IMG/VR virus record: IMGVR_UViG_3300006867_000026
Span: 1 to 39,670 of that record
Length of the DNA stretch: 39,670 nt
Reading direction: 5' to 3' (one strand)
Source: a virus
Lineage: Duplodnaviria > Caudoviricetes
Shown here: piece after piece, positions 26,701 through 35,206 of the stretch
How positions within the stretch are numbered: the first letter of the stretch is position 1
How the letters are laid out: each line of letters begins with the position of its first letter
Program-made: the position numbers and the translations under genes
The notes under the pieces: generated by a model
The model's input: the letters and a program-made list of their open reading frames with translations, nothing else
The model's database searches: none
Told to the model about the DNA's origin: nothing

Positions 26701-29700
26701 CGGTATCATTGCAGACATCAACGACAACCTTAATCAGATTGACGCTAGTGCTAAGGCTAAGACTAGACGTGTTATCAACAAGATGCTCGGCACTAAGCTT
26801 GGCAAGTTCCACCTAAAGAGCAACAACGATTTAGTCAATATGATCGAGCGTGTTACGCAGGGATACAGAACTGGTAATAAGATATACATATTAGACATTG
26901 TTAGAAACGCACAGCCAAATCCAAATCCGAACCCGGCAGAGGCAATGCGTACTGAGTCTGACCCTACATCAGATGACCGTGCTCGATTGATTGACTTTGC
27001 GTTTGACCGTGACCTCGATTTGTCCGACATGAAGAAGTTGGGTAGCGGTGCTTTTGGTTATGCCTTCATGGTTAAAGATAAGGATGGGCGAGACGTTGTC
27101 CTTAAGCAGGCACAGAGCGTTGACGAGATGTACATTGCTTCAAACTACTTTGATAGATTTGGTGGTAAGCTACCGGGCCTTGCTCAGTACTACGATGTAG
27201 CAATTGCTTCCGATGTAGATGGAGTGCCGTTTATATACCAACTCAAAGAGTATTTACCGACATCAATGACAGACGTTGTTGGTAGAGATGGCGTCACTTC
27301 TCAGCTTAACATTGGCGCTGTAATCGGAGACCTTGAGAACATTGCTGAATCATTAAACAGAAACTTCCCTTACTCCGGTGCTTTAGGTCCTAGTAGAGGG
27401 ATTAGTAAAATCCAGCATCAAGCCATGATCGAAAACATGACCGTGGCGAAACAACTTTACCAAGCTCTTAAGGCTGCTAGACTTGAGTCAATCAATGATT
27501 CAGAGAGAACTGCTGGTTCTGGTTTTGTAGAGTTGAGACTGTCTAATCTAAAGGCAGTGTTTAGTCCTATACTAAATTCAAGAGAGCTTAACATAGAAAT
27601 GAACACATACAAATACTTGTATGAACATTTGTTTGGTTTAGACTACTACGCTGACGACCGTTTGGTTTTAAAGCCGGATGTCACTAGAGCTGAGTTATCT
27701 GCCTCACTTTTGCGTAAGCATGTAGTAAAGAGTTTAGTTACTGATATCGCTGACGGTTTGTTTAATTGGGCGTCTGTTGGTACTGCTACTTTAGAGTCGC
27801 TTCAAACAAAGGCTAGGCTCTTGGGTGAGGCCAGTCCTAGCAGCTTAGAGCGTTACGAGATAAGACAAGAATCTTTAGAAGATCTAGAGCAAAACCACCC
27901 CGGTTCGCTAGAGAAGATATCTAAATTGTACGACAACAATGAAATGATATTCACTCTAATAGACAACGCTATCCGTGCTGCTTTTGACGTCGAAGGCTTT
28001 ACCGCTGAAGAAGTGATAGATGTTTCGATGGCTTATCTCGATAACCAGGTGGCAATGAGTAAGAGTCTTGGGCAGTTGGGCTTGAGATCAGCAGACCTTC
28101 ACCCTGGCAACGTAGGGTTCGCAGCTATCAACTCCGAGAATAAGATTGAAAGATTCTCTTCTGTCAAGTTCTTTGATATCATGGGCCCGATATATGAGGG
28201 CGTAGAGCGAGGAGGGAATTTCCCGGTTACAGAGATTGATGCGTTTATAGCCAGGGATTTCAAGGAGTTTGTTAATGAAGGTAACAGAAGACTTAAAGAT
28301 GCTGCCGCTGATATGGATTACTACACCAGTTTCGGTGAGGAAGACTTTGCGGCACGCACATATTACAATCACATAGGTGTTGGTGTTATACCTCCTATCA
28401 CCATCAAGGCTATACTAGATGCAGAACCGGAAATGTCTATAGGCGAAAGCAACCTGGGGTATGATGGTACTGCACATCCTAAATCTAGAGAAGCTCTTAA
28501 GCACATAGCAAAGACCATTGGTCTTGTTAAACTGATGCATAAGAATCCAGACTACAAGTTAATGAGGGTTCTGCAAAACGAGTTGTTTAAAGTAGATGGT
28601 GCTCTGGGTGTTACCAAAGTAGACACTCAACAGCGTGACGACATATACTTCTTTAACGAGCAGGTACAGACAGCTTTCCATGATGTGCTCCAAGAGTATC
28701 AGCGTGAGGCTATGCTTGATCCTAGTGAGCGTTCAACTGTAGACAGTGGCAACCGTGCTCGTATTGAAGAGTACCTTCTTGCCGAGAGTATTGAATTTAA
28801 GGCGATCGAAGAGATTGGCTCTGGTGCTTTTGGCAAAGCATTTATTGTTAACACCCCAGACGGAAACGTCGTTGTTAAAAGAACCGCAAGCAAGAGAGAG
28901 ACCTACATTAGTTCAAGATATATCAAGCGCCATAACGGTAAGCTTCCTGGGCTTGTTAAGTATCACGCGATGAGGGCGATGTTCCTGGACGCCGCAAACG
29001 ATTGGATGGGCAGCGGTGTGATATTTGTCACAAAAGATTTATCAAACACAACTGTTGACAAGTACGGTTCTAGTTATGATATTTCGGTAGGCGATGTCTT
29101 CGGACAGATTACACTGGCTGTTAATAGTGTATACGATAAGTCAACAGAGCTGCTAGGTAATGTAGATCCTGGACCAGGTGTGCGTAACGGTATAGATTTA
29201 CATACCGCGCAAAATACCGCGCTGGCTTTAATGCAGGTCTATCAAGACCCATACAAGGTTGCAGAGATTAATAAGTATATTGAAGATGAGCTTCCGGGAA
29301 TCATGCTTCGTGGAGACAATTCCCCTAACACTGTAACTCAAGAAGTTATTGACGGGTCTATGACCCTTGAAGATATCATTGGTTATGCTGTTAACTTCTG
29401 GCAGATGGCAGGGTCGTTTACTTTATTAGGCGCCGCCAATCCAGATATACACAGCGCTAATCTAGGTTTCTCAAAAGAAGAGAAAACATTAAATGGATAC
29501 CCCTTACTTGAAGCATTTGATGTTGACGGGTTTGAGAACAACATGATGCTCAACAGCCGCCAGGCACAAGAGGACCATCAAACTTTCATGAATGAGATAA
29601 CAGACGAGACAAAAGCTGCATTCATTCCTGGGTATCAAGACAAGCAATACTTCTTCTTTGGGCAACCGTTTTCTCAGTTGAATCCAGTGGGGCTTGTTGG

Positions 29701-32700
29701 TGAGGAGGCTGCTAAGTTTAGAGAAGAGAACAAAGATGAGATAGTAATGGAGACCGCTATCCCAGCTCAAGTTCCAATCACCACCATGCAGGACGTCATG
29801 TACGATCAAGAAGAGGCTGAGTACACAGCAGGAGACATCATTGAAGAACTTCGATTGCCTCGAGACGACGAATCTCCTTACAGTAATAAGGACCCGTATT
29901 CAGATATACTTAGACAGTACGATTACGGATACACAATCCCATACCTTGACGGTACAGAATTGTTTAGAGATTTCCGTAGACAAGAAGACGGAAGCACGGC
30001 AGACTTTAGAGCTGGAGAGATAGCGGAACTGCTTACCAAGAACATAGATCAGTATGCTCTTAGTGATATGATTGAAAGGATGAATGAGCCTATGTTCCAA
30101 GCAACCTATTCAAGTCGATTCAAGGATATCTTTGAGACCAGAGAAAAACAAAGAGCAAGCTTGGTTTCTGCCTTGAAGTCTAAGCTCGACTACATGGAGA
30201 ATGGAAACCGCGCTCGACTAGATGACGAGACCGTTGAGTTAGCGGTATCTAAAATCAGCGGCGGCAAGCGCGTGTCTCCTGCTCGTGCTACATCTGCTGG
30301 TTCAGATGTCAAGCTTAACTATGACGGGTCGAGACAAATCTCTATGGACTACACCAGAGAGAACGCTCCAGCTGTATATGTTCGTGGCGCTTTCGTATTG
30401 GGTACACACACAATGATGTCTGACATCAAGGGTACTAAAGCTTTAGATACTAAGAACCCTACAGAGGCTCAACTGAAAAAGGCTGACGAGATCTACGAGA
30501 TATTCGTTGAGCGCGCAACCAAGAACCTTATTAGACTTCACGATTCTTTCAGTGAAGATGTGAGAAAATATTCTAAGCTCTGGTATGTTGGTGCTAACCT
30601 TACCGCTCAAGACATGGGCGCAAGATATGGGTACTCTCAAGAGCAAGCCGCCGGTATCCTAGCGGCTCTGTCTCCGCAGAAAGATTGGTATCAGAACATG
30701 GCGCTAGCTGAAGCGGTGATGCGCGTGATGCGCAATCAGAAAGATACAGAGTTTTCTAAGGCTATGTATAACAAAGCCCTTGGTAATACACGTAAGGTAA
30801 ACAACAAGGTGCTTAGCCAGCAAGACTTTAAGAAAGCGGTAAACGAAAAAGCATACCAAGCTTACCTCAAGAGAAAGGCTGTGTTGCAGAGCATGATAGG
30901 CAAGACTTTAGGCGAGATGAGTCTCGAGGAAAACGGAGCTATGAACGCTGCTATGTTTGTCCGTACATACAACGAGATGTTTGAGGATCGCAACTACCAC
31001 GTGGTAAGTCCTATTGGTGAGCGTATTGGTTATGCTAAGAAAGCAGATGGGTCTATGTCCACTATGGCATGGGGTTCTTATGCTGAGATTTCTTCAGCAA
31101 CATCTATTGTGTTGAACGGTACTATGTCAAACATCGACAAGCAGGTTGGTGACCAACACAAGGTGCGTTCATTCTTCAACAATATCAATAACCCTAACTC
31201 TTTGGAGGGTGATGTTACGATTGACACTCACGCTGTTGCGGCTGCAGAGCTACTACCTTTAGCAGGGTCTAGCTCAGAGGTGTTCCACAACTTCGGCGGT
31301 GGTACTGCTGCTATGAAAGTCAAAGCTGGTAGTTCAAACCTCGGCATCAAGGGTGTGTACTTTGCGTATGCAGAGGCATACCGTAGAGCAGCAGACGAGA
31401 AAGGTATACTTGCAAGAGAGATGCAGTCTATCACATGGGAAGCTGTACGTACTTTGTTTACCGCAGGCTTCAAGGCTCAGAAGAAAAACAAGCAAGAGGT
31501 TCGTGCCATCTGGCAAGAGTATAGCAAGGGTAACATTAGCTTTGAAGAAGCTCAAGACCAGGTGTTTGAAAGAGCCGGCGGTGTGTTCAACCCGGACTGG
31601 TATGTAGACAGCGGCGATCGCGCAAGGCTAGATGAAACTAGAGAGAGACGTCACGCTCGCAAGATGTTCCAGAACCTACGACCAGATGTTCCTTTCGAGG
31701 CAGCCGTTCGTGAAGAACTTAAGAGAGACCCTTCTAGATTCTATGAACCTCAAAAGTTTAGCGAGATCAAAGAGCGTCTAGAAGAGATGAGTATTGAGGA
31801 GCTCCTTGCTGAGATGAAAGACGTTGCTATGTTTGACGGAGATAACCCCTCTGTTATCAATGACGCAATGGGTTCTTTAGCCGGAGGAGACTTCCGTGTT
31901 CTAGCAACACTTGAGTACCTCAAGAGACTGCAGCAGCAGGGGCGTACTTCTGAGTACCGTGCTGTTCTGAAAAGGTTCTTTGAAACTGGTACAGCTGTCG
32001 GTCAATTGTTACGACAGTTCGGTGAAATAAAAGGCCAGACTCCAGAGGGAATGAAAGACCTGGTTGACAGTGTGTACGAAGCAAACGGCACTACTCTCTC
32101 TGATACAGAGTACGAAGAGATGGGTGCTATTGTTGATGATTTGTTTGATGGTCAGCAAGATGTTCAAGCATTGATCAAAGAGCTTTCGGAAACCACAGAC
32201 ATGGACCGTGTTGGAGAGATTGAGGGAAGATTAGAGGACGCTAAACGCAGAGTGTCTGAGGCTAACAAACGATTGAATGAATTCAATAGCAAGTATGCTA
32301 TGACATGGGGTAAACTAATTGGTTTACTTATCCAAGGTAACCTTCTTACTCCGGTGTCGCAGATGGTCAACGTTACCGCCAACCTTTCTACGCTACCTAT
32401 CCTAATGCTAGACAAGACTCTTGGGTATGGCGCTGAGGTTTTGATTAACGGTATCCGCAAGAGCATGGGGAAAGATGTTGACCCTAGTATAGCATCATTA
32501 CCACCTTCTATAACTGCAGCAATCTACGCTGGTAAACAGTTTGGTGTTGGTATTAAAGACGCATACAAGAGTGCTATTGGAGAGACTGTACCTAACGATA
32601 AGTTTGAGTACAACATGCAGCTTCAGCTGGCGCCCATCAAAGCATTCGGTTTGATAATGGCGAACAGCGACAAGCTTCCGGACGCTGTGAAGAACGGTAC

Positions 32701-34378
32701 TAAATTAGATCAGATTGATTACCGTGCTAAGAAATTCCTAGAGGCAGTTGGTGGTACACCAGCAAACCTTATGTTCAGACTGCTGGCGTTTGGTGATGTG
32801 CCGTTCTTTAAATTCATGGAGGGATACGAACTATACAGAGTCGGTAAGTCTTTAGGGCTTAGTGGTGATGAGTTAAATAGATTCTTGAAGTATCCAAATG
32901 AAGAGTACAGAAACAAGGCAACACAAGCAGGTCTAAAGGTTACGTTCCAAGAGGATAACCAGTTTGCTACATGGTTGAATAAGGCTATAACAAGAACCGC
33001 TGATTTAATCGGGGAGCGCAGTCGTGTATTAGAGAATGCTTTCCGTGTTGTGGTGCGTATGCACATGCCGTACGTTAAGACTCCGGCTAACATCCTCGCT
33101 CAAAGTATTCAGCTAGCACACCCTGCTATACCTATTGCTACCATTGCTATCAAGAAAGCAGCAAGAGGGAGAGTATCTCAGCGCGAGCTTGCCGAGTTGT
33201 TGTCGAAAGCATTCATGAGCTGGCTGATGTATAAAGCCACACAGCGATTGATGGAAAGCGGATTGATTACTACTCCGGTAGATGCTGACGTTGCAAGAGA
33301 AAGAGATTTGAAATACTCGGTCGCTCCACCCAACTCGATCAACATCACCGGTATCAATAGACTATTGAAAGGTGAAGACCCTACACTTCAAGCGAATGAT
33401 GTATGGTTTAACTATCAGAAGCTTGGTCTTGGTGGTGCGGTAATGGCAGCCCAGGCAGTAGGCTTGAAGTCCACAATGCGTGATGCGCAGATGGAGTCTA
33501 GAGTACTTAACCGCTCGGACAACTTCATGGATTACCTTGCAGATTTAACGGGTGTTGTTCCTGGGGTGTTAGGTTCTATGATGAACCAGTCTTTCCTTAC
33601 TGGTATTGACGGTATCATTAAGCTTCTTGCTGACCCAAGCGAGCGCCAGCTCACTAAGTACCTTGAGAACATTTCGCGTTCTGGTTTCTCTGTGATTCTC
33701 CCGAACTCACTCAGCGCATTCTACCGCTCTGGTCGTGAGTATCTTCCGGACTACAGACATCCTAACGCAGACTTCTTCAACGTGCTTGACAACATCTTGC
33801 GTGATAAGACATTCAACTACCTGGGTACTGGCGAGCAGGTCATACCTCGTGTGAATATTTGGGGTGAGTCAATCACGCAAACTCCAGAGGGTGGTGGCTC
33901 ATTGATGATCGGTGATGGAGATGAGTACCCTTGGTTGTACAATACCTTCGGTGTATTCAAATCTAGAATCAGTTCTACTGACCCGGTAAAGGTTGAGATA
34001 TACAACTTGTTCAAAGAGACCGGTGACACTGATGTGATCCCTGGATATCCTATGCCGGTGGGTAAGTTAAAGATTCAACTCACCAAGAGTGAATCAGCTT
34101 ACTATGGATTGAATGTAAACGAACCGCACTACATTGACGTGATGCCTAAAGATGCGCATGCTATGATGAAGATGTTCGGTACATACAGATACAATGAGAT
34201 TAAGAAGTTTGTTTCAAGCGACTCTTACGAGCGAATGACAAACGCACAAAAGATTAGTGCTTTGAAATCTATTTACAATAGAAATTCTAGAGGCACATAC
34301 GATGGCGGTATCTATCCATGGAAAGCATACCGTGATGGAATGGTTAGAAATTATTTTTTAGATTTAGGAGATGAGTAA
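23750..34378 (+). CDS. Giant multidomain (polyvalent) virion protein, 3542 aa: Gly-rich membrane segment, zincin-like domain, two kinase-fold domains, HhH-glycosylase-like domain, C-terminal helical domain
   Basis: Uninterrupted ORF and last of three ejection-type genes. Motifs: EEFAH...EEEA; GSGAFG...VVLK...DLHPGN...FFD; GSGAFG...VVVK...DIHSAN...AFD; WY...AALSPQKDW...KVRSFFNNI...VTIDTHA...QSITW; PYVKTPANI. Confidence 0.8.
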   Translation: MNDELLQLLQSGFDSGYSEDRVFAMAIKNGFSYNEVTLALESISKKKDQTQPPPQVTDTMVSGLEDSGLDLSYETKADGTQFPDDLLTQRFTQSSAPNNKPQETNDREYRHALIADDWFADRDDWFGRTARWYNNFMAMALATGAQEDLLDESPENNVDAAERLAYYNEIQNKYRDERGYPGWGDLGSASGWWKMVLPEVAGNVFSSIAGGFASGSAQETVLKTIAEGQAIGTSAGLAGGPLAEFTVPIGYVAGTAYGAATGTSFAGSYALEMSEAIAKALEDLHIDTEDPEEIAQTFESEEGLKKIREAMERRKVRAATIASVDALLAGGGGKTAQAIRKAGGSKTKAVVAEILVDAAGGGAGETAGQIVEEGKVTSGLDIVMEALGGPVMATPAAVTRGASARYTELMTPTAERNYIQWAQQNKENGSSITTAASLMGDGQVQIVEKKIQETKEQLKNAKGKEAKQTLRDDLKQLREKKYEMLNANIRAFEELNQDQQVELLEKSQKIFALQQEMQETTDTKLKSRLGAEILTMMTGFNTFEVEAVAPAVETTTMDQMQAPVMPTTDAKPIVEGRSEVDALTINTLEDGTEVIAQRPIDGTEVQGALRLEGNPENPTLVVETETEKVELGQRSEVDPSTIRMFEPAIAERETLAVQEDGSFVYQRDDNPNVPQGTKLTIDEEAGVSAISVFGEGQFNPLQTPEAIAGDADRGVRVQMKNESGEVVELYGQDALDAAYQILLAAKENPADRAKVNQVIENNEAARQALEQAEREFAEEGSVPETDGPTTEQAQPSVGPAPRPAERVAPGAAEEAASETEKTREAVNELDDSVEVRGGAVNPRRHGVTPRIASMLNSAYNAFVGLYTEAPRVIIHKTKESLQRATGGPYEAFYEHEREGGPAIHVMYNATTAAIREEFAHAGLRHVMVLQPAVRTKLFNDLQGINNETLRNKINERFRKYVAFYMERGASEAKAVAIAEEEAIVGIIADINDNLNQIDASAKAKTRRVINKMLGTKLGKFHLKSNNDLVNMIERVTQGYRTGNKIYILDIVRNAQPNPNPNPAEAMRTESDPTSDDRARLIDFAFDRDLDLSDMKKLGSGAFGYAFMVKDKDGRDVVLKQAQSVDEMYIASNYFDRFGGKLPGLAQYYDVAIASDVDGVPFIYQLKEYLPTSMTDVVGRDGVTSQLNIGAVIGDLENIAESLNRNFPYSGALGPSRGISKIQHQAMIENMTVAKQLYQALKAARLESINDSERTAGSGFVELRLSNLKAVFSPILNSRELNIEMNTYKYLYEHLFGLDYYADDRLVLKPDVTRAELSASLLRKHVVKSLVTDIADGLFNWASVGTATLESLQTKARLLGEASPSSLERYEIRQESLEDLEQNHPGSLEKISKLYDNNEMIFTLIDNAIRAAFDVEGFTAEEVIDVSMAYLDNQVAMSKSLGQLGLRSADLHPGNVGFAAINSENKIERFSSVKFFDIMGPIYEGVERGGNFPVTEIDAFIARDFKEFVNEGNRRLKDAAADMDYYTSFGEEDFAARTYYNHIGVGVIPPITIKAILDAEPEMSIGESNLGYDGTAHPKSREALKHIAKTIGLVKLMHKNPDYKLMRVLQNELFKVDGALGVTKVDTQQRDDIYFFNEQVQTAFHDVLQEYQREAMLDPSERSTVDSGNRARIEEYLLAESIEFKAIEEIGSGAFGKAFIVNTPDGNVVVKRTASKRETYISSRYIKRHNGKLPGLVKYHAMRAMFLDAANDWMGSGVIFVTKDLSNTTVDKYGSSYDISVGDVFGQITLAVNSVYDKSTELLGNVDPGPGVRNGIDLHTAQNTALALMQVYQDPYKVAEINKYIEDELPGIMLRGDNSPNTVTQEVIDGSMTLEDIIGYAVNFWQMAGSFTLLGAANPDIHSANLGFSKEEKTLNGYPLLEAFDVDGFENNMMLNSRQAQEDHQTFMNEITDETKAAFIPGYQDKQYFFFGQPFSQLNPVGLVGEEAAKFREENKDEIVMETAIPAQVPITTMQDVMYDQEEAEYTAGDIIEELRLPRDDESPYSNKDPYSDILRQYDYGYTIPYLDGTELFRDFRRQEDGSTADFRAGEIAELLTKNIDQYALSDMIERMNEPMFQATYSSRFKDIFETREKQRASLVSALKSKLDYMENGNRARLDDETVELAVSKISGGKRVSPARATSAGSDVKLNYDGSRQISMDYTRENAPAVYVRGAFVLGTHTMMSDIKGTKALDTKNPTEAQLKKADEIYEIFVERATKNLIRLHDSFSEDVRKYSKLWYVGANLTAQDMGARYGYSQEQAAGILAALSPQKDWYQNMALAEAVMRVMRNQKDTEFSKAMYNKALGNTRKVNNKVLSQQDFKKAVNEKAYQAYLKRKAVLQSMIGKTLGEMSLEENGAMNAAMFVRTYNEMFEDRNYHVVSPIGERIGYAKKADGSMSTMAWGSYAEISSATSIVLNGTMSNIDKQVGDQHKVRSFFNNINNPNSLEGDVTIDTHAVAAAELLPLAGSSSEVFHNFGGGTAAMKVKAGSSNLGIKGVYFAYAEAYRRAADEKGILAREMQSITWEAVRTLFTAGFKAQKKNKQEVRAIWQEYSKGNISFEEAQDQVFERAGGVFNPDWYVDSGDRARLDETRERRHARKMFQNLRPDVPFEAAVREELKRDPSRFYEPQKFSEIKERLEEMSIEELLAEMKDVAMFDGDNPSVINDAMGSLAGGDFRVLATLEYLKRLQQQGRTSEYRAVLKRFFETGTAVGQLLRQFGEIKGQTPEGMKDLVDSVYEANGTTLSDTEYEEMGAIVDDLFDGQQDVQALIKELSETTDMDRVGEIEGRLEDAKRRVSEANKRLNEFNSKYAMTWGKLIGLLIQGNLLTPVSQMVNVTANLSTLPILMLDKTLGYGAEVLINGIRKSMGKDVDPSIASLPPSITAAIYAGKQFGVGIKDAYKSAIGETVPNDKFEYNMQLQLAPIKAFGLIMANSDKLPDAVKNGTKLDQIDYRAKKFLEAVGGTPANLMFRLLAFGDVPFFKFMEGYELYRVGKSLGLSGDELNRFLKYPNEEYRNKATQAGLKVTFQEDNQFATWLNKAITRTADLIGERSRVLENAFRVVVRMHMPYVKTPANILAQSIQLAHPAIPIATIAIKKAARGRVSQRELAELLSKAFMSWLMYKATQRLMESGLITTPVDADVARERDLKYSVAPPNSINITGINRLLKGEDPTLQANDVWFNYQKLGLGGAVMAAQAVGLKSTMRDAQMESRVLNRSDNFMDYLADLTGVVPGVLGSMMNQSFLTGIDGIIKLLADPSERQLTKYLENISRSGFSVILPNSLSAFYRSGREYLPDYRHPNADFFNVLDNILRDKTFNYLGTGEQVIPRVNIWGESITQTPEGGGSLMIGDGDEYPWLYNTFGVFKSRISSTDPVKVEIYNLFKETGDTDVIPGYPMPVGKLKIQLTKSESAYYGLNVNEPHYIDVMPKDAHAMMKMFGTYRYNEIKKFVSSDSYERMTNAQKISALKSIYNRNSRGTYDGGIYPWKAYRDGMVRNYFLDLGDE
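27020..28190 (+). other. Protein-kinase-like domain 1 within the giant protein
   Basis: G-loop GSGAFG at 27041-27058, beta3 Lys at 27104, helix-C Glu in SVDEMY, catalytic loop DLHPGN at 28094-28111, Mg-binding Asp (FFD) at 28175. Confidence 0.75.
28790..29535 (+). other. Protein-kinase-like domain 2 within the giant protein
   Basis: GSGAFG at 28817-28834, VVVK, SKRETY, DIHSAN at 29444-29461, then EAFDVDG. Confidence 0.75.
30560..31600 (+). other. HhH-GPD glycosylase-like domain (DUF7178-like, from memory) within the giant protein
   Basis: LWY, AALSPQKDW at 30662-30688, KVRSFFNNI, VTIDTHA at 31214-31234 (compare EndoIII VDTH) and MQSITW. Confidence 0.55.
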
Positions 34379-34736
34379 TATTATTAAAAAGATTCTAGGG
34401 GGTGGTGCAAAAGAAACTGTAGATGCGGTAGGTAATATCGTGGATAAGTTTGTTGCTACTCCAGAAGAAAAGGCCGCAGCGAAAGCTCAGATTGAACAAG
34501 AGATTAGTAAGCGTTGGCAGTCAGACATGGCATCTACATCTTGGCTGTCTAAGAATGTACGCCCACTTACACTCATGGTGGTTGTGGTTTTCCTAGTATT
34601 GATGACGTTCTTTGATGGCTTCGGATTGGTAGATGTTAACGGGGCGTGGATCAATCTATGGAACATGCTTAGCGTTACCGTTGTTGGCGGTTACTTTGCA
34701 GTAAGAACAATTGATAAAAGAGGAAACACAAAATGA
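34371..34736 (+). CDS. Holin (3TM / GTA-holin-like family)
   Basis: DKFVATPEEK, WQSDM..SWLSKNVRP, two strong TMs and GGYFAVRTIDK. Adjacent to a peptidase-like lysin. Confidence 0.75.
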   Translation: MSNIIKKILGGGAKETVDAVGNIVDKFVATPEEKAAAKAQIEQEISKRWQSDMASTSWLSKNVRPLTLMVVVVFLVLMTFFDGFGLVDVNGAWINLWNMLSVTVVGGYFAVRTIDKRGNTK

Positions 34737-35206
34737 AACTACAAGTATTAAGATTCTCTTCGCAAGAAGACAGTACACTAGGGTTGTTGTTCGATGTAAC
34801 AGACGGCAACAGAGAGTTCTTAGCATTCACATTAGAAGATGAGCACAGAGAAGAAAAAGTATATGGAGAAACACGAGTCCCTGCAGGAGAGTATAAAGTC
34901 ACGCTTAGAACCACCGGTGGATTTCACTCCCGCTATACTAGAAAGTATGGTGGGTTTCATCGTGGCATGCTTTGGGTACGCGACGTCCCAAACTTTGAGT
35001 ACATACTTATTCATACTGGGAATACTGATGACCATACTGCTGGTTGCCTATTAGTAGGCGATCACTCGCAGCAGAATATAACTAAGGAGGGATTCATTGG
35101 TTCATCGGTTGACGCTTACCGGAGAATATATCCGGACCTAGCCGATGCTGCAGAGGATGGTGACTTGACTATCGAGTACGTAGACTTCGATATCCCTAAT
35201 ATCTAA
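34733..35206 (+). CDS. DUF5675-family L,D-peptidase-like protein (putative endolysin)
   Basis: STLGLL, FTLED, TRVPAGEY and the His/Cys motif ILIHTGNTDDHTAGCLLVG. ATGA overlap with the holin. Confidence 0.75.
   Translation: MKLQVLRFSSQEDSTLGLLFDVTDGNREFLAFTLEDEHREEKVYGETRVPAGEYKVTLRTTGGFHSRYTRKYGGFHRGMLWVRDVPNFEYILIHTGNTDDHTAGCLLVGDHSQQNITKEGFIGSSVDAYRRIYPDLADAAEDGDLTIEYVDFDIPNI

Noticed and set aside
31829-31843. MFDGD in the giant protein, resembling the RNA polymerase DFDGD motif of crAss-like virion RNAPs
   Set aside because: The first catalytic Asp is missing (Met), the context looks helical, and no other double-psi-barrel motifs were recognised.
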